This document shows, in pieces, positions 11,940 through 22,924 of a stretch of DNA of 64,000 bases (the first letter of the stretch is position 1; the number at the start of each line of letters is the position of its first letter). The translations under genes and the position numbers were made by a program. Source of the stretch: Eledone cirrhosa (taxonomy: Eukaryota); NCBI GenBank assembly GCA_964016885.1, contig OZ024742.1:208258001-208322000 (forward strand), read 5' to 3'. Under the pieces are notes generated by a model. The model searched no databases. It saw only the letters and a list, made by a program, of their open reading frames with translations, and was not told the DNA's origin.

Positions 11940-14900
11940 ATGCCTAGAAAACATTCCAGATCATTATATGGAAGGTCATCTTCAGAGGCTAAGAGAAAGA
12001 AAACACAGCGATCTGAAGAAAGTGAAGAAGTTCGGTATGCCCGTCTAGCTGCTAACAGAGCCCAAACAGCTTTAGCACGAGCACACCGTTTGGATGAAAG
12101 GGAACAAAGGACTGTGGGTACACGAGAACAACAAATTAAGGAACAGCAGCAAATCAGACGAAATACGAATCAAGCACATCGTTCTACTGCACGGGCAGGA
12201 GAACAAGGCACAAGTAAAATGAACTAGTTGATGGGTGCTTTTTCTTATGACCCCCAAAAGGACTACAGCAGTAATCCTCAAATCAACATTGGGAAAATGA
12301 ACAAATGCTGCCAGTATTGTGGTGCCAGAAACACCAAGTTTATGCTGCTCAAAATGCAAAGTGAGCCTTAAAACAATACAAGAACCTCCTGAATTTCTAA
12401 AGAATCTGCTACTTCAGCATACACCAGAAGCACAACACTTCAATAAATACATCATAAAATATAATTCGTCCTTTGAAATGACATCTTTAGGGGCTGACTT
12501 TAGATTCTGTACAACTTATAAAATTCAGGGACAGTGTTACCACATAATGGGTGGCCTTCTGCCACTTTCACAGTAGCCTGACAAATTTGTGCAGGTTTAC
12601 TTCATGGGTGGAAATGAAACACAGGCACGACAATGATGTACCAATGTCCATGGTGGATTGCAGTTCTACATAGTCATAATGTTACAAGAAATGCTTCACC
12701 AACATCACATGTACGTCAGTGTATTTAAATATGCACTGGAGCATATGAACAACACCAGAGATCGTAAAATCATCATTAGGGCAGACAAACGCCCAGCTTC
12801 AGAACATGAACGCAGATTCAATGCACCTGTCACTGACGAAGTTGCAATCATAATGGTTGATGAACAGCATGAACGACGTGACATTGTTTTGCAAAAAGAA
12901 AGTGGACATTTAGAGCGAATTTGTGAAACTCATAGCGCCTATGATTCACTCCAATATCCGCTCATCTTTTGGAATGTTCAAGATGGATATCATTTTCAGC
13001 TGCGGCAGATCAGCCCAGTAACGGGACAAGAAACTGGCCAATCAATCAGCTGCAAATAATTCTATGCTTAACATTTCATGGTACGTGATCACTTCAACCA
13101 AGTTCTGCGATTCAAAGAAATAACCAGCCAGTTCATGGTGGACATGTATGCCAAAATTGAAACAGAAATATTGGATTTTCTGCGAAGGAATCAAACTAAG
13201 TTGAGGGTAGATAACTACATCCACCTTAGAGATACCATCAATTCCGATTTTGACCCAAGGAATATTGGCCAGCCAATCATACTACCATCAAGCATCACGG
13301 GAGGACCACGTTACATGCATGAACGTATGCAAGATGCAATGGCCTATATCAGAAAATTTGGTCGGCCAGATCTCTTCATTACATTTACATGTAATTCAAA
13401 CTGGTTAGAAATATCAAATTAATTATTTCAAAATCAAAAACCAATGGATCGACATGATCTCATTGCTCAGGTTTTCCATGAAAAGCAAAAAATAATAACT
13501 CATCTGGCTCCTAAAAGAAAGAAGAATCTTTGGTGAGCTTAGTGCTTGGATGACCACTATTGACTGGCAGAAGAGAGGTCGACCTCACTCTCACACACTA
13601 ATCTGGTGCAAGAAGATAAGACCAAATGATGTTGATGAGATCATTTCAGCAGAGTTGCCTGATAAAGGTGGTGATCCAGAGCTCTTTGAAACCATCAAGA
13701 CCAAATTCATTCATGGTGCATGTGGAGTCATCAATCCAGTCTCTCCTTGCATGAAAGATAAAAAATGCAGCAAACATTATCCTAGAGCTTTTATTCGGGA
13801 AACTCGGACTGACAATAATGGATACCACCTTTCCCGTAGGCGTAGACCAGAATATGGAGGCAATACTGCAAGCCTAACAGTTCGAGGAGAGGAGCTGACC
13901 ATAAACAATCAGTGGGTCGTCCCACACAACAAATTGTTGTGTAAACTTTTAAAAGCTCATATCAATGTTCAGTATTGCAGCTCAATCAAGGCAATCCTAT
14001 ATGTCACAAAATATATCAACAAGGGCAGTGACATGGCTACCTTTATACTGACAAAGAACTCAATGATGGTGGGCTGGATGAGGTCAAACGGTATCAAACA
14101 GGTCGATACATCTCCAGCAATGAAGCTATCTGGCGAATCTTTGGATTTTATATCCACGAACGCCACCCAACAGTGGTCAACCTCGCAGTCCATCTGGAAC
14201 ATGGACAGAGAGTGTACTTCACTGAGATCGCTGCTCATCAGTTGGCACAAGCATCACATGACACTACATTAACTGCTCTCATTAAACTCTGCCAGAATGA
14301 TGGATTTGCTCGATCCCTCCTATATGCTGAAGTCCCAACATAATACACCTGGACCAATTGCCAGACCTGGAATCGAAGAAAGCAGGGTCATTTAGTAGAA
14401 GGTCATGAAGTCAAGTGATGCTATTGGGCATGTTTTCAATGTCCATCACAACAACAGAGAATGTTATTATTTACGGCTACTTCTGCATACTGTTCGAGGA
14501 CCAACGTCATTTGAGGATCTTAGATGCTTCAGAGGAAGGGAGTGCGCAACATACCAAGAAGCATGTAAACAGCATGGACTCCTGCATGCAATGGACACTG
14601 GAAGAAGTGCCTAGAAGAAGCAACAATCACTCAAGTAGCCAGTCAAATAAGACAATTATTTGCTATTATGCTCACAGCATGTGGAATTGATGAAGCTCAT
14701 CTACTCTGGCAGGAGTACAAAAACAATATGCCGGACGACTATCTACACCTAGCCCGAAGATATCATGGCACTATGTATATGAAATATACCCCCAGGATTT
14801 ACAATCAAGCACTCTGTGACCTGTTCCATCGAGCTCAGGCAATGAATAGCACATTAGCTAACTGCGGGATGCCAGAGCCAGATGAAGAAATGGAGGTAGC

Positions 14901-16308
14901 ACAAGACATTTTTCAGGAGACAAACTACGATATTCAAGCATTGCGTAAGTTTGTGGATGAAAATGAACCTCGATTGATGGATGACCAGAAATACGCCTAC
15001 CACAACATCATCGAAAATTTTCAAAATGTCAGGAGAGGACTGTTCTTCATCGATGTTCCTGCTGGCACAGGCAAGACATTCCTCATAAACCTCGTGCTTG
15101 CAAAAGTTCGCCAAAAGCAATATATTGCCCTTGCTGTGGCTTCAAGTGGCATTGCAGCAACACTTCTGGATGGAGGAAGAGCTGCACACTCCATGTTTAA
15201 GCTGCCCATAGATCTCACACGACATGAACAATCTTTTTGTAACATCAAGAAGAACTCACCCAAGGGCAAGCTTCTGCAAACATGCAAGATGATCATTTGA
15301 GATTAAGCTACTATGAGCCATAAATGAGCAATTGAAGCTTTGACCCGACGATAAAGGATCTGATAGAAAATAGTTGCATAATAGGAGGAGTGACAATGGT
15401 TCTTGCTGGTGATTTCAGACAAACTCTGCCTGTAATTCTTCGAGCAACTCGAACTGATCAGGTCAATGCCTGTCTGAAAACGTCCTATCTCTGGCCCCAC
15501 TTTCAGCTGATGAGCCTTACAACCAACATGCGAGTGCACTTAACTGGTGACGAAGGTGTCAGTGAGTTTGCCATCCAACTACTTAAATTGGGAATTGGAC
15601 GTCTTGAAAACGACTCCAATGACCATATTCAGTTGTCAAATCATTGATACAGAACAAGTACTGATTGCCAGAGTGTTGCCAAAGATTCAGACCAGGCAAT
15701 GTGATCCGAAATGGCTTTGTGAACGAGCAATCTTAGCACCTAAAAATGTTGCTGTGAAAGAAATCAACAGAAGGCTGCTGGAGATGTTACCGGGAGAGAA
15801 AATATGTTACAAATCAGTTGACACAATCACTTCTTAAGACCAGGTTGTAAACTATCCAACTGGATTTTTGAACAGTCTTGAACAAACGGGAATTCCTCCA
15901 CACGACCTGATACTGAAGCTTGGAGTATCGGTTATGCTACTTCGCAATCTGGATCCTCCAAAACTTTGTAATGGCACAAGACTCATCATGACAGGTATGA
16001 TGTCCAATGTTCTAGAAGTTGCAATCATGTCAGGAAAATTTGATGGTGACAATTGTTTCATTCCCAGAATACCTCTGAAGCCAACTTGAATTTCAAAGAG
16101 CTCAATTTCCGATCAGGCTCAGTTTTGCCATGACCATTAATAAATCTCAAGGGCAATCATTGAAAATCGTTGGGTTGAATCTGGCAGATCCTGTCTTTTC
16201 GCATGGTCAACTATAAGTTGTCACAACAAGGGTTGGCAACCCTGATTGTTTCTTCAGTTTGGCACCACAGGGAAACACTAAGTTGTTTATCCAGAGGGTT
16301 TGGAATGA
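11940..16308 (+). pseudogene. Helitron Rep/helicase transposase, frameshifted and with stops
   Basis: MPRKH start; YNSSFEMTS; YKIQGQCYH; YDSLQYPLIFW; ILPSSITGGPRYMHE; PDLFITFTCN; HUH WQKRGRPHSH; Y2 YVTKYINKG; Walker A PAGTGKT; GDFRQTLP; LCNGTRL; ends ...VVYPEGLE*. A different family from Helitron 1. Confidence 0.95.
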
Positions 16309-16879
16309 GCAATGTCATAATTCCTCATTCAATGACAATACACACAGATACTAATTCCTTAGTCATGTAGTTTGCAAGGAATTTTGAAGCCGCAAATTTA
16401 CTGCATTGTGTTACTTTGGAAGAATATGCAGGCATTCCCGGGTACCTCTGCTATATAAAGTAGTATAAGTGAGGACTTTGTTGGGTAGAAATAACAGCCA
16501 AATTTCCTTCAAATCCCACCTTACTTTCTCAGGTATGTATATATGTATGAAGCAAAAAGGAATGGTTCTATGTGATAACTCGATCTACTAGAAATATTAG
16601 CAAAATCCATTTCAAATCACAAACAACTGTCTTACACACATACATGTGTGTGTATGTACCTATGTATGTCATGTGAGCCACTATAACTGTTGGTATAGCT
16701 AATAGAAATAGAAAATAAATCTCCCTCAAACAAGATCCTACTGCCATAGAGGCAAAGATTGGTGAAACTTACAGTGTACAAATTTAAATACACTTTCCCC
16801 GAATTACAGAAATGCGTAAATAATTGCTTCATTCAATCATAAACCAATGCTAAATATATTTTATTATTTTATTTATGGT

Positions 16880-16992
16880 GTTCAAATCCCGCCGAGGCTA
16901 ACTTTGCCTTTCATCCTTACGGGGTCGATATAATAAAGTACCAGTAATGCACTGGGTAATTGCTGGCCTTGTGCCAAAAGTAGAAACAATTA
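16880..16992 (+). mobile_element. SINE S1, 5'-truncated
   Basis: B-box, core and tail match S1. Confidence 0.8.
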
Positions 16993-18190
16993 TTTTATTT
17001 ATTGTTTTTAAAATAGTCTTTACATGTTGTTTGAATTTCAGAAGTTGAGATTGAGCAGAAAAAAAAATAAGGAAATAAAAGGATAAATAAAAAAAATCTA
17101 AATGTATTTTTTTGGTCATGCCCTGACAACATACCTAACGATTCATCTATGAATCTATGAGTAAAGTATTATATATGCTGACTGTAATAGTGAGCAGCAT
17201 TCAAAAAATCACCACTGGAAAAAAATAATATTTTTATCTAGATGATTTACTTTGACCAAACGGCAATAAATATTCTGCTATAATTCATACTTTGGTTAAA
17301 ATTCAGCAATCATATTTGAACGGTCAAATATTTTGTAATGTGTGCCAAATATATTGTAACTTTCATAAAATACCAGGGTATCACCGGGTAGCTCAGCTAG
17401 TATAATATAAAGAGAAAGAAAGGGAAGTAAAGAAGGACAGAAATAGATATTTTATGCATTTTACGTCTTTCAAACCTCAAGATTCGCTACTTTTATTAGA
17501 TTTCCCTCAATATCCCTTTATTAAGACGCCAGTGAACATAATTTCCGTAAATCTTTATCCCCCCCCCCCCCCCCGCTTACATTTACCACGCCTTTTTCTG
17601 ATGCCATAGAAAGTCATAAAAGTAATTAAAAAAATCGACTGTTGGTTGTCGCGGAGGGCCTTCTGTTTGGACTGTACGATTTTATTAGAGGAAAATATTA
17701 GTTGTGGAAATTTAATTATTTTCACACTATACAAATTATCCACTATAATGATATTCTTCGTATTTAGATACCAATTATATTCTTTTTGTAGATTTTTATT
17801 TTTATTTTTTTATTTTTTTTATTTTTATTGGTGGGGGTACATCTAATTAGCTTGTGGAAACGATTAACATTAAGGGAACGTTCCGTGTCAATCAATCTCA
17901 GCATCCGATTTCAGTTCCCACATGTACTTAATCTAGCTTACATCAGACGTGTTGATGAAAAATGGCATGCAAGTTACATTAACTTAAGCAACATCTACTA
18001 ACAATGTTCATACGATTCCTTAAGTTACTGCGTTCCATGTTACGATGACGGATATATAACAGGTTATGGCTTTAACGCCCTCGGTTAACAGACAGTCATG
18101 ACGGGGTCCTCCTATCTTTAGCTGCAAAGCATACGGTTCATACATTGTATACAACTCTCACCATATATATATATACATATATACACACAC

Positions 18191-18242
<52 letters not shown>

Positions 18243-18244
<2 letters not shown>

Positions 18245-18307
18245 AGGGCGGTGCCCCAGCATGGCCTGAGCCGGATGGCTGGAACAGGTAAAAGAGTAAA
18301 AGAGTAA
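18243..18307 (+). mobile_element. SINE 3' tail fragment (octopus OK-like)
   Basis: GGGCGGTGCCCCAGCATGGCC...GGAACAGGTAAAAGAGTAAAAGAGTAA with a short tandem tail; family assignment from recall, not from a search. Confidence 0.45.
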
Positions 18308-18332
18308 TATGTGCGTGTACATATATATATAT

Positions 18333-18822
18333 ATGTCACTCTTGACTGCTACTCATAACCAGTTAACCAGTACAACCTCTCGCATGGTCGGTCGTTGGCG
18401 ACTGAACGGGCAACCTCATCAAGCTTACTTAGTGAGGAGGGTGATTTTGGACACCCTGCAGCACAAAAAACAAAACCAAAAGTGTGAAAATATGTAAATA
18501 CACATGTACCGCGCGGTTAAACCACTGGGAGTGAAGGAGCCCTACCCTTTATCAGGGCAATCTTCTAGGAGAAGGCAACTCAGGAAACTGGGATAACTCC
18601 GATATAAAACCTACGGCTCAGTAGTTACCGATGGTGTTGATCTTTTTTTTCTTTTCGGGTTAGAGCTACTGTCGCTCAGAGAGTGGATTAGCTCAGTGCA
18701 CAGTCTTTCCTCACTTTAAAAAATTAATTCACGCACAGGCATTGGACGATAGAATTAATTGATAATTATTAATAATGGTATATCGTACAATGGTCATACT
18801 CGATAACGTGGGGGCAGCCATC
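18333..18822 (+). mobile_element. RTE-LINE 5'UTR-derived non-autonomous element (possible HDV-like ribozyme remnant)
   Basis: ACCTCTCGCATGGTCGGTCGTTGGCGACTGAACGGGCAACC and GGAGAAGGCAACTC...AAAACCTACGG resemble RTE 5'UTR motifs; flanked by TA tracts. Confidence 0.4.
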
Positions 18823-18823
18823 T

Positions 18824-18850
<27 letters not shown>

Positions 18851-18854
<4 letters not shown>

Positions 18855-19028
18855 AGCTTCTACAGGACTAGTACTGTTTCATTCAGATGAAATCTTCAGG
18901 AAGATTTCATCTGAATGAAACAGTACTAGTCCTGTAGAAGCTCCTTCTATAAAATAAAAAATGTTACTCTGCCATGTATTGAGTACCTTACTTACTGTGG
19001 TTATCCCCGAGTCAACCCGGGACCTACG
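18851..19028. mobile_element. Fold-back mini-element family A (PLE pseudo-LTR derivative) in (TA)n
   Basis: Perfect 47-bp arms 18851-18897 / 18900-18946, then an ~80-nt tail ending in (TA)n. Confidence 0.75.
18857..18903 (-). ncRNA. Type-I hammerhead ribozyme motif
   Basis: Minus strand: CTTC-CTGAAGA-tTTC atct GAAt-GAAA-CAG tactagtc CTG-TA-GAAG; all three stems pair. Confidence 0.8.
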
Positions 19029-19050
19029 TATATATATATATATATATATA

Positions 19051-19243
19051 TAGGAACGAGTAGGACACCGACGGCTGAGCTCAAAACCGTTTTTTTTTTA
19101 TTTTTAGTCCAGAATTAGCCGTCGAAACGGCTTGAGCTCAGCCGTCGAGGTCCTACTCGTTCCTATTACCTACTCTACTACCCTAAGTATTGAGTACTTT
19201 GGTGCGTTATGGTCCATCTGGTTCCTTACCACATCTCCTTCGT
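19051..19243 (+). mobile_element. Fold-back mini-element family B in (TA)n
   Basis: Inverted arms TAGGAACGAGTAGGAC...AACCGTTT / GAAACGGCTTGAGCTCAGCCGTC...CCTACTCGTTCCTA plus a tail; same family at 37.3 and 40.7 kb; contains the HHR 3' half GAAA-CGGCT..AGCCG-TC. Confidence 0.75.
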
Positions 19244-19260
19244 TATATATATATATATAT

Positions 19261-19765
19261 AAAACCAGAGATTGATATGGTTCATTGATTACTCAATGAA
19301 TATAGTTTTACAATAGATTAAAAGCACTCTTACAGAAAGTTTTCTGGAGTTATTAATATTATTAAGAATATTAATACAAGAAGACATACACATAATCAAC
19401 ATAAATGTTTTATTATATATATTTCGAAGGTACTGTGCTGTTTTTTCAGTACGTCCTCGTCAGATGAAATACATGAATTGATGTATGACATACCTCAACG
19501 GTCTTGATGGTTCAATTCTAGTATTGACTGCCAATACAAGTCTGGTAGAATTACCAGACTTCTCTGTTGGAAAGCATGAAATATCTCCATTACGCGAGCG
19601 CTGCAAGAGCTTACGCAAGCAATTTGCAGATTTTCCTCCCAGTTGCTGGGCCTCCATTCTATTTTGCTTCTTGCTATACTGTTCTATAATATTTCTAAGT
19701 TTAGATCTAGCTATATTAAATTATGCTTCTGTTTGTTCATCGGTTGACATCCAGGCAATGCAACC
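19261..19765 (-). mobile_element. Inverted PLE fragment (N-terminal DKG-region piece + pseudo-LTR with HHR)
   Basis: Minus translation LRKLLQRSRNGDISCFPTEKSGN resembles the PLE PxDKG motif; it is followed by an HHR-like motif and a tail ending in (TA)n. Confidence 0.6.
19411..19468 (-). ncRNA. Hammerhead-like motif
   Basis: Minus strand: CTGACGA-ggacGTACTG..CAGTACcttc-GAAA-TATA-TA; stem I pairs poorly. Confidence 0.5.
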
Positions 19766-19769
19766 CACA

Positions 19770-21500
19770 TCACTAACTCAAGAGAAATAACACCACAAGA
19801 GCATGAGGATAGGGAGCAAACCCTCAACGCTCATATCATGATGTGGACAAACATAATGCAGCCCAATAAACGGACTGCCAACAACTTCCAGACCTAGAAC
19901 AATGAAGTGCCAGCGTTGTATAGGCTTCGAAAAGACCTTAAGACGAAGTGACCCTTTCACAGGACCACCAACACGGCCAGTCTGTGGAGCTAACATTGCT
20001 AGTAACTACCGACTTTCCTACTTCCTCTACCTGATCGTACGCCCCATCATTGAAATGTCCCCGCATATGTGACAGCACGGAGGACCTCCTCAGCAGAATC
20101 AGCGAAAATAACCGATCTAGGGACCTAACAGACTATATAATAGGTAGTATGGATGTTGTGTCCCTATACCCATCCATTGACGTCAATTTTGCTGTGGAGA
20201 AATGCGTAGAAATGCTCAGTGAGAGCAATGTTGAATTCCATGGGATTGATACCAGTGAGCTGGGACTCCTACTTAAACTTACTTATAGTAATGATTATCT
20301 AGATACGTATAACCTTAGCAACCTCTGTCCCACAAGGCCAGCAAGAGGCAGAATACCTACCATTCACTCAATGGCCAAGAAAACCTACACAGAAAGATGG
20401 AACGGGTGGACCAGAGCCATACGGACCTCCGAAAACCATGATGAGCTGAAGAAAATGATTGCACATGCGGTGGGGGCCAATATAAAACAAAACCTTAAGG
20501 AACATATGTTCAAATTTAATGGAAAAATATATGCCCAAGAGGAGGGAGCAGCCATTGGTGTTTGCATTGCAGGTGACATAGCTAAGCTATTCATGGTATG
20601 GTCGTACAATAAACTTAAAGAACAATTAGAAGACAGCAACCCATTAACCCTGATAATGTACTCTCGCTATGTTGATGATATAAACATCGTAGTAAAAACA
20701 CCTCCACTAGAGAATAGTCAGGAATTAGAGAAAAACAACATGGAAAGCATCCAAAAATAGCTAACTCCATCCACCAGATTATTAGTGTTACTATAGACTA
20801 CCCAAGCAAACACCCCAACCATCGATTACCTGTACTAGACACAGAGCTCTGGTTAGAAACCATTAATAACAAAAACAAATCCTCCATTCCCATTATGCCA
20901 AACCCATGACTTCCAAATATCTGATACACCGAAACTCAGCTGTTTCGGATAACACCAAAATCAACATACTGATTGCGGATTTAGTACGGGTGATGAGAAA
21001 CGTGTCACGCATGTGCAACCCCAAAGAACTAAAGAGACACATTCTACACTTCATCCACCGTATGCAGTTCTCTGGTTACAATCAGAGAGATAAAATCACA
21101 GTATATAGAGGAGCCAGAACCAAATAGGAAAAAATGGGAAATAATAATTCAAATTGGACCTGCCCCGTGTATAGAAGCAAATTTTGGAATAGAATAGAAA
21201 GAACTAGGAATAAGGTTAATAGAATAAACTATTGGTATGATAGCAATAAATAACAGAGCGTGTAATGTTCATCTATACAACACCTGGAGGTGATTTAGCC
21301 TACAAATTTAGAAGGGCAATAGATAAACTTAAACTAAATATTAAGATAGTAGAAAGACCAGGTACCTCCATAAAAACACTTATTAGTAATACATACCCTT
21401 TTCAAAGACCTCCCTGTATAGATAAGAAATGCATAATCTGTAAACTAAGCCCCTATATTAACTGTAAAACTAGAAATATAGTATATAGCATACGATTGTC
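19770..21500 (+). pseudogene. Penelope-like element reverse transcriptase, decayed; GIY-YIG truncated
   Basis: GPPTRPVCGA; GSMDVVSLYPSI; YAQEEGAAIG; YSRYVDDI; LPVLD; KPMTSKYLIHRNSA; SGY; CIDKKCIIC linker; KTRNIVYSI, then it breaks before YIG. Confidence 0.9.
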
Positions 21501-21502
21501 TT

Positions 21503-21674
21503 TGACAATATATGAACAACCGTCTGGTTGGGAACCAACCAACCAACCGGAAATTTATAAATTCTTAAATTCTTAAATTCTTAAATTTTTAAATTTAATT
21601 TATAATAAATTGGAGTGAAAGCAACTTGTGGGTGCGTCTCATATTCGCAACATGACCCTCCCAAAGTATAACAA
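21503..21674 (+). mobile_element. Family C PLE pseudo-LTR tail
   Basis: CCAACCAACCGGAAATTTATAAATT...GTGAAAGCAAC...CAACATGACCCTCCCAAAGTATAAC, shared with 51.3-51.7 kb and 62.1-62.5 kb. Confidence 0.8.
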
Positions 21675-21691
21675 TATATATATATATATAT

Positions 21692-21848
21692 CAACAGATA
21701 CTCAATCCATTAATAGAGTATAAGCATATATATTTTATTATAGAAATTATATTTACAGAACTAAAACTGTTTTATTCGAATGAAATCATCAGACATTCCT
21801 GAGCGTATGAAACAGTTCCGGTCCGATAGAAGTAATTTCTATAATAAT
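21692..21848 (-). mobile_element. Family A-related fold-back remnant with a degenerate HHR
   Basis: Minus strand: CTGATGA-TTTC attc GAAT-AAAA-CAG..CTG-TA (G12->A); partial inverted copy at 21807-21848; tail ends in (TA)n. Confidence 0.55.
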
Positions 21849-21849
21849 G

Positions 21850-22310
21850 CCAAAACATACAGACATATATATCAAGGCCAACTGACCACATATTATAGTC
21901 AAATACCACAAAGAAAAAAAAATGCCTTCTAATAAATGTATCTATTCCCACAGACGACAATATATCTCCCAAGGAAATAGAGAAACTCTACAAATATAAA
22001 GATATAGATATAGAAATAACTCGAAAATGGAAAAGGAAAGCAGAAACAATGCCTATAATAATAATAATAGGTGCTCTAGAAATGATAAAAAAACACACAC
22101 ACAGACAAATACATAACCATAAACCCCAGGACCTACAAATATATACAGCATACAAAAGATAGCACTACTAGAAACTGCATGTATATTAGGGAAAGTACTG
22201 TAAATACAATAGAAATAACATCAACAATCAACACTGCTCATACCCAAGGTGCACAGAACTGTGCTTGGTAAAGCAGTAATGGTGCGCACTAAAAATAATA
22301 ATGGAAATAA
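21850..22310 (+). mobile_element. R4/Dong-clade LINE 3' fragment (restriction-like endonuclease)
   Basis: Translates PHIIVKYHKEKKCLLINVSIPTDDNISPKEIEKLYKYKDIDIEITRKWKRKAETMPIIII-GALEMIKK; ends near (TAA)n. Confidence 0.8.
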
Positions 22311-22315
22311 TAATA

Positions 22316-22922
22316 ATTGTTTCTACTTTTGGCACAAGGCCAGCAATTACCCAGTGTATTACTGGTACTTTATTTTATCGACCCCGTAAGGATGAAAGGC
22401 AAAGTTAACCTCGGCGGGATTTGAACTCAGACCGTAAAGGCACGTAACTCTATGCTTCAAAGCATGGTGTCCGACTCTCTACCGATACTGCCAATCCACC
22501 GGAAATAATAATAATAATGATAATGGTTTAAGATTTAGGCAGAAGACCAGCAATTTTGGGGGAGGCGAAAATCGACTAAATCGAACCCAGTGAATTACTC
22601 TTCATTTATCAATCCGGTAAGGATAAAAAGCAAAGTTAACTTCGGCGGGATTTGAGCTCAGAACGTAAAAGGCCGTAACTCGATGCCGCATTGTATGGTG
22701 TCCGACGCTCTACTGATACTGCCAATCTACTGTCCCAATAATTGTTTCTATTTTTGGCACAAGGCCACAATTAGTCCAGTGTATTACTGGTACTTTATTT
22801 TATCGACCCCGTAAGGATGAAAGGCAAAGTTAACCTCGGCGGGATTTGAACTCAGTCCATAAAGGGACGTAACTGTGCTGCAAAGCATGGCATCCGACCC
22901 TCTACCGATACTGGCAATCCAC
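22316..22922 (-). mobile_element. Three tandem SINE S1-type copies
   Basis: Copies at ~22316-22502, ~22523-22735 (older) and ~22738-22922. Confidence 0.85.
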
Positions 22923-22924
22923 AA

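Larger units (their letters stand above)
10387..17400 (+). mobile_element. Helitron 2, apparently full length (~7 kb), decayed
   Basis: 5' TC(TA)nAAATGCAAG start near 10387-10397; 3' subterminal hairpin-like ACCAGGGTATCACCGGGT then CTAG|T at 17397-17400; internal Rep/helicase pseudogene; three SINE S1 insertions inside. Confidence 0.8.
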
